Shown piece after piece: positions 56,537 to 62,374 of a stretch of 62,374 nucleotides of DNA; the first letter of the stretch is position 1, and the number at the start of each line of letters is the position of its first letter. The notes beneath the pieces were generated by a model, which saw only the letters and a program-made list of their open reading frames with translations, searched no databases and was not told the DNA's origin. The stretch is from an uncultured Gammaproteobacteria bacterium (lineage in GTDB: Bacteria > Patescibacteriota > Patescibacteriia > Patescibacteriales > UBA12465): assembly GCA_964588465.1 (NCBI GenBank), contig CAZPPL010000006.1:1-62374 (forward strand), read 5' to 3'. A program made the translations under genes and the position numbers.

Positions 56537-57862
56537 ATGTCAGAAATTAGTGCTGCGATTAAGCAACTATGCGAAGAGAAGAGTTTAGATTATAAATCAG
56601 TGATTTCTGCTGTTGAGTTAGCTTTGGCCGCCGCTTATCGTAAAGATTATGGAGAACGTAATCAAAATATTCAAGTCAAATTTGATCCAGAAACTGGTAA
56701 ATCAAAAATTTTTGATCTTAAAACCGTAGTGGAAGATTTGCCTGAGCAAGAAGAAGCTATAATGTTACAAAATTTATATAATCCTGATTTTAAAGATTCA
56801 CGTTCAGAAGTTAAAGAAAACCAGAGCGATGATACCGGAGAAGAAATGAAAAAAAAATTTAATATGAAAACGGATATTCAAATTAAAGAAGCACAAATTT
56901 TAAAATTTGGTGCTAAGGTTGGCGATCAAATAATGACCGATTTACCCGTTCCAGAAGGTTATGGACGCATGGCAGCACAAACTGCCAAGCAGGTTATTAT
57001 TCAGAAATTAAGGGAGATGGAACGAGATATGATTTTTGGTGAATTTAAAAGTAAAGAACATGAAGTGGTTTCGGGAGTGGTTCAACGTCGAGAGGGTCGT
57101 TTTGTTTTTATAGATTTAGGTAAAGCTATTGGACTGTTACCCGCTGAAGAACAGATTTATACTGAAAATTATAATCCTAATGATCGTATTAAAGTTTTTG
57201 TTAAAGAAGTAAGAGAAGGACGCAAAGGCCCAGAGATTATTCTATCACGACGCAGTGAAGAGATTCTAAAAAAAGTTTTTTATTTAGAAATTCCCGAGAT
57301 TGCCAGTGGTTTAGTAGAGATTAAAGCAGTAGCTAGAGAGGCTGGCTCACGAGCTAAAGTAGCTATTTGGACTGACGCTGATAATGTTGATCCAGTTGGC
57401 TCTTGTGTAGGACAGCGCGGTTCACGAGTACAAACCATTATTACTGAGCTAGGAGGAGAAAAAATTGATATTATTGAATATAATGAAAATTCCACCGTTT
57501 TTATTGCCAATGCTTTGGCACCAGCTAAAGTTGTCTCTATTGATTTAGATGAGGCTGAACATAAAGCGATAGTCAAAGTAGCTTCAGATAAATTATCTCT
57601 CGCTATTGGTAAAGCTGGACAAAATGTTCGTTTAGCTGCTCGTCTAACTGATTGGAAAATTGATATTGTTGAAGCTTCGCCATCTGGAGATAAACAAGTT
57701 TTAGCAATAAATGAAGAGACTTTAGAATTAACTGAAGAAAATAAAGTTATTAAAGAAGCGGAACATAGTGCAGAGATAACTGAGGTAGAAGAATCTAAAG
57801 CAGATGTAGAAGAAATTGTTGGAGAAAAGTCTAAAGTAAAAAAAGCTAAAACAGTAAGTTAA
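56537..57862 (+). CDS. nusA: Transcription termination/antitermination factor NusA
   Basis: NTD, then S1 (VSGVVQRREGRFVFIDLG) and KH1/KH2 (DPVGSCVGQRGSRVQTI..., LAIGKAGQNVRLAARLTDWKIDI). There is a roughly 40-aa acidic insertion in the N-terminal domain and an acidic C-tail. Confidence 0.93.
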   Translation: MSEISAAIKQLCEEKSLDYKSVISAVELALAAAYRKDYGERNQNIQVKFDPETGKSKIFDLKTVVEDLPEQEEAIMLQNLYNPDFKDSRSEVKENQSDDTGEEMKKKFNMKTDIQIKEAQILKFGAKVGDQIMTDLPVPEGYGRMAAQTAKQVIIQKLREMERDMIFGEFKSKEHEVVSGVVQRREGRFVFIDLGKAIGLLPAEEQIYTENYNPNDRIKVFVKEVREGRKGPEIILSRRSEEILKKVFYLEIPEIASGLVEIKAVAREAGSRAKVAIWTDADNVDPVGSCVGQRGSRVQTIITELGGEKIDIIEYNENSTVFIANALAPAKVVSIDLDEAEHKAIVKVASDKLSLAIGKAGQNVRLAARLTDWKIDIVEASPSGDKQVLAINEETLELTEENKVIKEAEHSAEITEVEESKADVEEIVGEKSKVKKAKTVS

Positions 57863-57956
57863 CAAGCAATTAATTTAAATTTTAATTAATAATAATGTTA
57901 ATTTTATTAAATTAGAACTCTATAAATTATAATTTTCTAATTTATAATCTAAATCT

Positions 57957-59966
57957 ATGCTTATAAATTTGTTCATTTTCGGTAGTGTTTTAGTTGCTCT
58001 CGTATATGGAGCCATTGTCATCGCTACCATTTTACGTTTGCCGGAAGGCAATGATAAGATGAAAGAAATTGCTCGAGCTATTCAATCTGGAGCTAAAGCT
58101 TTTTTGAATCGCCAATATAAATCCATAGCTTTAGTAGCTATAATCTTATTTTTAATTATTGGTTTAGTTCCTACCTTGGGCTGGTTAACGGCTTTTGCTT
58201 TTTTAATTGGAGCTATTCTTTCCGCTCTCACTGGATATATTGGTATGTATGTTAGTGTTAGGGCTAATGTACGAACTACTGAAGCTGCTCGACATGGTTT
58301 TGCCAAAGCCTTAAATGTTGCAGTTAAAGGGGGTAGCGTCACTGGTATGTTAGTGGTTGGTTTAGCCTTGTTAGGAACAGCGGGTTTTTATCTGCTAACC
58401 CATGATCTGCATGCCATCATTGGTTTTGCTTTTGGGGGTTCACTTATTTCTATCTTTGCTCGTTTAGGAGGGGGTATTTATACTAAAGCTGCCGATGTTG
58501 GTGCTGATTTAGTTGGTAAAGTTGAGGCTGATATTCCTGAAGATGATCCTCGTAACCCAGCAGTAATCGCTGATAATGTTGGTGATAACGTTGGCGATTG
58601 TGCTGGGATGGCAGCGGACTTATTTGAAACTTATGCTGTGACTTCGGTTGCCGCTATGTTACTAGGGGCTCTAACTTTTACAAATAATCCTAGTATTATT
58701 ATATATCCTCTAGTCCTAGGAGCAGTTTCAATTATTGCTTCTGTAATAGGAATATTTTTTATTCGTATTGGAAAAGATAATAATATTATGAAAGCCTTGT
58801 ATAAGGGTTTAATTGCTACTGGAGTATTAGCTGGTATAGCTTTTTACCCTATTACTAAATATTTTATTGTTGGTGGTTTAAGTCTTAAAATATATTTAGC
58901 CAGCTTAATTGGTTTAGCGGTTACTGGCTTGTTAGTTATTATTACGGAATATTACACTTCTACTGCTTATAGCCCGGTTAAAAGTATTTCTGAGGCTTCT
59001 AAAACTGGACATGGAACTAACGTTATTGCGGGTTTAGCAGTTTCTATGCAGGCTACTGCTTGGCCCGTGATTGTAATTTGTTTGGCAATCCTAGGATCTT
59101 ATTTCTTAGCAGGGCTATACGGGATTGCCATAGCGGCTATGTCTATGTTATCTATGGCGGGAATTATTATTACTATTGATGCTTATGGACCAATAACTGA
59201 TAATGCTGGTGGAATTGCAGAAATGGCTAATTTAGGTGAAGATGTAAGGGATATCACCGATTCTTTAGACGCAGTAGGAAATACCACTAAAGCAGTAACT
59301 AAAGGATATGCTATTGGTTCTGCAGCTTTAGCAGCTTTAGTATTATTTGCTGATTTTGCCTCTAAGATTAAAGCTGGTGGTGGAAATGCTCATTTTTTAA
59401 TTAATGATCCTTATGTTTTAGTAGGTTTATTTATCGGTGGTTTGCTCCCTTATCTATTTGGAGCTATGGCTATGAAAGCTGTGGGTAAAACGGCTGGTTC
59501 AGTAGTGAAAGATGTACGAGCTCAATTTAAAGAAAAGCCCGGCATTATGAATAATACTGAAAAGCCAGATTATGGACGCACGGTTGATATTGTAACTAAG
59601 GCTGCTATTAAAGAAATGATCATTCCTGCTTTAATTCCAGTAGTGGTACCAATTGTTGTTGGTCTAGGTTTTAATTTATTGGGACCAGGATTGGGATTAA
59701 AAGTTCTAGCTGGTCTATTGGTTGGATCTATTGTTACTGGTATATTTGTAGCTATTTCTATGACTTCTGGTGGCGGAGCTTGGGATAATGCTAAAAAATA
59801 TATTGAAGCTGGTAATCACGGTGGAAAAGGATCAGAAGCTCATAAAGCAGCGATTACAGGAGACACCGTAGGTGATCCCTATAAAGACACCGCTGGCCCA
59901 GCCATTAATCCAATGATTAAAGTCTTAAATATTGTTGCTCTACTTATTGTTGGATTATTATTATAG
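57957..59966 (+). CDS. hppA: Membrane-bound proton-translocating pyrophosphatase, K+-independent signature
   Basis: Motifs [50 protein letters not shown]. The [10 protein letters not shown] motif has Lys (codon 59289-59291) and Thr at the K+-dependence-determining positions. Confidence 0.93.
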   Translation: MLINLFIFGSVLVALVYGAIVIATILRLPEGNDKMKEIARAIQSGAKAFLNRQYKSIALVAIILFLIIGLVPTLGWLTAFAFLIGAILSALTGYIGMYVSVRANVRTTEAARHGFAKALNVAVKGGSVTGMLVVGLALLGTAGFYLLTHDLHAIIGFAFGGSLISIFARLGGGIYTKAADVGADLVGKVEADIPEDDPRNPAVIADNVGDNVGDCAGMAADLFETYAVTSVAAMLLGALTFTNNPSIIIYPLVLGAVSIIASVIGIFFIRIGKDNNIMKALYKGLIATGVLAGIAFYPITKYFIVGGLSLKIYLASLIGLAVTGLLVIITEYYTSTAYSPVKSISEASKTGHGTNVIAGLAVSMQATAWPVIVICLAILGSYFLAGLYGIAIAAMSMLSMAGIIITIDAYGPITDNAGGIAEMANLGEDVRDITDSLDAVGNTTKAVTKGYAIGSAALAALVLFADFASKIKAGGGNAHFLINDPYVLVGLFIGGLLPYLFGAMAMKAVGKTAGSVVKDVRAQFKEKPGIMNNTEKPDYGRTVDIVTKAAIKEMIIPALIPVVVPIVVGLGFNLLGPGLGLKVLAGLLVGSIVTGIFVAISMTSGGGAWDNAKKYIEAGNHGGKGSEAHKAAITGDTVGDPYKDTAGPAINPMIKVLNIVALLIVGLLL

Positions 59967-60027
59967 AAAGTTTTACTAAGAATTAATTAGTTTATTAATT
60001 TATTATCCAAGCGATAAATATCATATT

Positions 60028-61338
60028 ATGCAAGTAAAAAAAAAGGATTTAGAAAAGTCACAATTAGAATTAACCGTGGAATTGAGTCCAGAAGAGTTTG
60101 CCCCCTATATTGTTAAAGGAGCTGAAAAGGCTTCTAAGGATGTAAAAATTGAGGGATTTCGTCCTGGAAAGGCTCCTTTGAATATCTTAAAGCAAAAGGT
60201 TGGTGATATGACTATTTTAGAAGAGGCCGCCAACATTGCTATTCGTAAGACTATTGATGAAGTAATTGCTAAAAATACTAAAGAATACCAAGCCATTGGT
60301 CAACCGCAAGTTAATGTCAGTAAATTAGCGCCGAACAATCCTTTAGAATATAAAATTATTCTTTCTCTCCTTCCCACTGTAAGTTTGGGAAAATACAAAG
60401 ATTTGGATTTAAAAACAGAAGAAGCAGAAGTAAATGATTCTGAAGTGATGAAAGCTTTAACTGGATTACAAGAAACTCGAGCTAAAGAGGCTATTGTAGA
60501 TAGAGCAGTAAGCACAGGAGATAAAGTAATAGTTGATGTAAAAATGTTAATGGATAAGGTGCCCCTAGAAGATGGCCAACATAAAGATTTAGCTATTTTA
60601 ACTGGTAAGAACTATTTTGTTGCGGGTTTTGATGAGAAAATATTTGGTGCTAAAAAAGGAGAACTTAGAAAATTTACATTGCCTTATCCAGATGATCATC
60701 ATCAGAAAAATCTAGCTGGTAAGTTAGTAGAATTTGAAGTAAAGATTAAAGAGGTCTATAGTCGGACTCTACCAACATTGGATGATGAATTTGCTGCTTC
60801 TTTTCAACTCAAGAATTTAACAGAATTGAAGCATAGTTTAAAGGAAAGTTTGTTACATGAAAAAAAACATCAGCTTGAGTCTAAAAATGAAGCAAATTTA
60901 CTCACCAAAATACTTGAAGATACTAAATTTGGAGATTTACCTGAGGTATTAATTAGTGGAGAATTGAAAAATATGTTGGCGGAACTAGAGCAAAGTGTTA
61001 CCAGTCAAGGTGGTAAATTTGAAGATTATCTGCAACACCTTAAAAAAGATCGCGCTAGTTTGATGTTGGAGTTGGCCCCCAATGCTATTAAACGAGTTAA
61101 ATCGGCCTTAGTTATTAGAGCATTAGCCATAGTTGAAAAGATTAATCCTAGTGATAGTGAAATTGATCATAAAATTGAAGGACTAAAAAAACAGTATATT
61201 GACAAGCCAGAGATTTTAAAAATGTTTCAAGAGCCAGGTTATCGTAATTATTTAAAAAATATTTTAACTAATGAACAGGTAATCGCTAAATTAAAAAAAT
61301 GGAATTATGCCCCAATTAGCCCAAAACAAAAAAGCTAA
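60028..61338 (+). CDS. tig: Trigger factor
   Basis: N-terminal ribosome-binding motif GFRPGKAP, central FKBP-like PPIase region, helical C-terminal domain. Confidence 0.9.
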   Translation: MQVKKKDLEKSQLELTVELSPEEFAPYIVKGAEKASKDVKIEGFRPGKAPLNILKQKVGDMTILEEAANIAIRKTIDEVIAKNTKEYQAIGQPQVNVSKLAPNNPLEYKIILSLLPTVSLGKYKDLDLKTEEAEVNDSEVMKALTGLQETRAKEAIVDRAVSTGDKVIVDVKMLMDKVPLEDGQHKDLAILTGKNYFVAGFDEKIFGAKKGELRKFTLPYPDDHHQKNLAGKLVEFEVKIKEVYSRTLPTLDDEFAASFQLKNLTELKHSLKESLLHEKKHQLESKNEANLLTKILEDTKFGDLPEVLISGELKNMLAELEQSVTSQGGKFEDYLQHLKKDRASLMLELAPNAIKRVKSALVIRALAIVEKINPSDSEIDHKIEGLKKQYIDKPEILKMFQEPGYRNYLKNILTNEQVIAKLKKWNYAPISPKQKS

Positions 61339-61765
61339 TTTTGATTATGAACTCTTAGAAAAATATGAGGCGGGTTTAGTTTTGTATGGGCACGAAGTTA
61401 AGGCAGTTCGTGAAGGTAAGGCTAGTTTAAAGGGTAGTTTTATTTCGCTTCGGGTTAGTAATAATAAAACGGAATTATATTTAGTGGGTTGTCATATTGC
61501 CCCCTACAAGAATGCTGGCGCTTTGCCAGATTATAATCAAACCAGGGAACGGAAACTACTTCTAAGGCGGTCAGAAATTAATCAGTTATTAGGAAAAATG
61601 AAAGTTGCGGGCTTGACATTAATACCACTCAAAATATATACTAAGCATAGTTTTTTGAAGCTAGAATTTGCTTTAGCTCGTGGCAAAAAGAAGTATGATA
61701 AACGAGAAAGTATTAAAAAAAGAGAAGTAGAACGTAATTTAAGATCTTTAATAAAAAGAGGCTAG
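61307..61765 (+). CDS. smpB: SsrA-binding protein SmpB
   Basis: QNKKANFDYELLEKYEAGLVLYGHEVK..., KLLLRRSEI, ARGKKKYDKRE. Overlaps the tig 3' end by 32 nt. Directly followed by tmRNA. Confidence 0.94.
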   Translation: MPQLAQNKKANFDYELLEKYEAGLVLYGHEVKAVREGKASLKGSFISLRVSNNKTELYLVGCHIAPYKNAGALPDYNQTRERKLLLRRSEINQLLGKMKVAGLTLIPLKIYTKHSFLKLEFALARGKKKYDKRESIKKREVERNLRSLIKRG

Positions 61766-62148
61766 GGGATGTCAGGCGTCGACAGTCGGACTTTAGCTAA
61801 ATATTCAAGACGTGCTTAACTATCACGTAAAACTGGTTAAAAAAATATAAATGCCAAAACGGCACGAGCATTTACTTGGTTAACTCCGAGCTATGTTCCT
61901 GTTATGGCCTAATACATAAGGCTGTAGCCATCGGAGGCGATGAGTTCTCATAATCGTTTTTTCGGTGTCATTAGTATGAGGATAAATGTCTTATGCTCTT
62001 TCCATAAGACACGGAAACAACAGAAAGATCGCTTTAATTGTTTTTTGTCTGGTTATTGATAATTAAAGTTAGACCCTTAAATCAGACTATTCTTGTAAAT
62101 GTATTTAGATAAACCGGTTGGACATGGGTTCAATTCCCATCATCTCCA
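61765..62148 (+). ncRNA. ssrA: tmRNA (SsrA), one-piece
   Basis: 5' GGGGATG pairs with 3' CATCTCC-A (G3:U70 alanine identity). 5' GGCGTCGAC box. 3' tRNA-like T-arm GGACATGGGTTCAATTCCCATC. Putative tag ORF GCC(61853)...GCC TAA(61910-61912) = AKTARAFTWLTPSYVPVMA, with the stop codon in a hairpin loop. Confidence 0.9.
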
Positions 62149-62180
62149 CTAGTATTTTAGCTGTGTTTTAATAGAGTTTA

Positions 62181-62264
62181 GCCGCGGTGGCGAAATTGGT
62201 AGACGCGCTGGACTTAAAATCCAGTTGTAGTAATACAGTGCGGGTTCGATTCCCGCCCGCGGCA
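62181..62264 (+). tRNA. tRNA-Leu (anticodon UAA), long variable arm
   Basis: Acceptor GCCGCGG/CCGCGGC, anticodon stem CTGGA/TCCAG with loop CTTAAAA, a long variable arm, and T-arm GCGGG-TTCGATT-CCCGC. Confidence 0.9.
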
Positions 62265-62268
62265 CTTT

Positions 62269-62340
62269 GCGGGTATCGTATAGTGGCTATTATGCGACCT
62301 TGCCAAGGTCGAGAGACGGGTTCGATTCCCGTTACCCGCT
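62269..62340 (+). tRNA. tRNA-Gly (anticodon GCC)
   Basis: Acceptor GCGGGTA/TACCCGC, anticodon stem CGACC/GGTCG with loop TTGCCAA, T-arm ACGGG-TTCGATT-CCCGT, discriminator T. The D-stem is weak. Confidence 0.85.
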
Positions 62341-62350
62341 CGTAATAAGG

Positions 62351-62374
62351 ACAGTCCCGATAGGGGCTGTTTTT
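62351..62374 (+). terminator. Intrinsic terminator after the smpB-ssrA-tRNA cluster (T-run cut by the window end)
   Basis: ACAGTCCC-GATA-GGGGCTGT hairpin followed by TTTT at the window edge. Confidence 0.55.

Overview
This is an AT-rich, gene-dense and almost entirely housekeeping chromosome segment. It spans the classical replication-origin gene cluster, rpmH-rnpA-yidD-yidC on the minus strand facing dnaA-dnaN on the plus strand. The organism looks like a small-genome Patescibacteria/CPR-type bacterium. Supporting signs are a short, divergent 16S rRNA that is a stand-alone transcription unit, very divergent enzymes, TrbC/VirB2-like pilin and LCP/VanW/PBP1A envelope genes, and a membrane pyrophosphatase. 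The standard genetic code applies, since UGA is used as a stop (for example at the end of pheT). I can support about 50 CDS, one 16S rRNA, nine tRNAs, one tmRNA, several near-consensus sigma70-type promoters and several intrinsic terminators. rpmH was missed by the ORF track. I found no CRISPR array, defence island, toxin-antitoxin pair or intact mobile element; the only mobile-element signal is a 5'-truncated tyrosine recombinase beside two tRNA genes at the left edge. I did not find a convincing multi-gene novel system. The best leads are single-locus oddities. (1) A bacterial Elp3 homologue. (2) A tRNA-Ile with a UAU anticodon. (3) A CstR-like (x-C-x-C) CsoR-family repressor with a GC-rich palindromic operator inside its own promoter, followed by a CMPC thioredoxin. 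(4) A promoter, 20-codon Thr-run ORF and terminator unit with an alternative antiterminator pairing, upstream of glyA-folD. (5) A roughly 120-nt long-stem RNA candidate downstream of rnj. (6) A duplicated palindrome showing a compensatory base-pair change. (7) An apparent absence of Shine-Dalgarno motifs at all 30 inspected starts despite an intact anti-SD.
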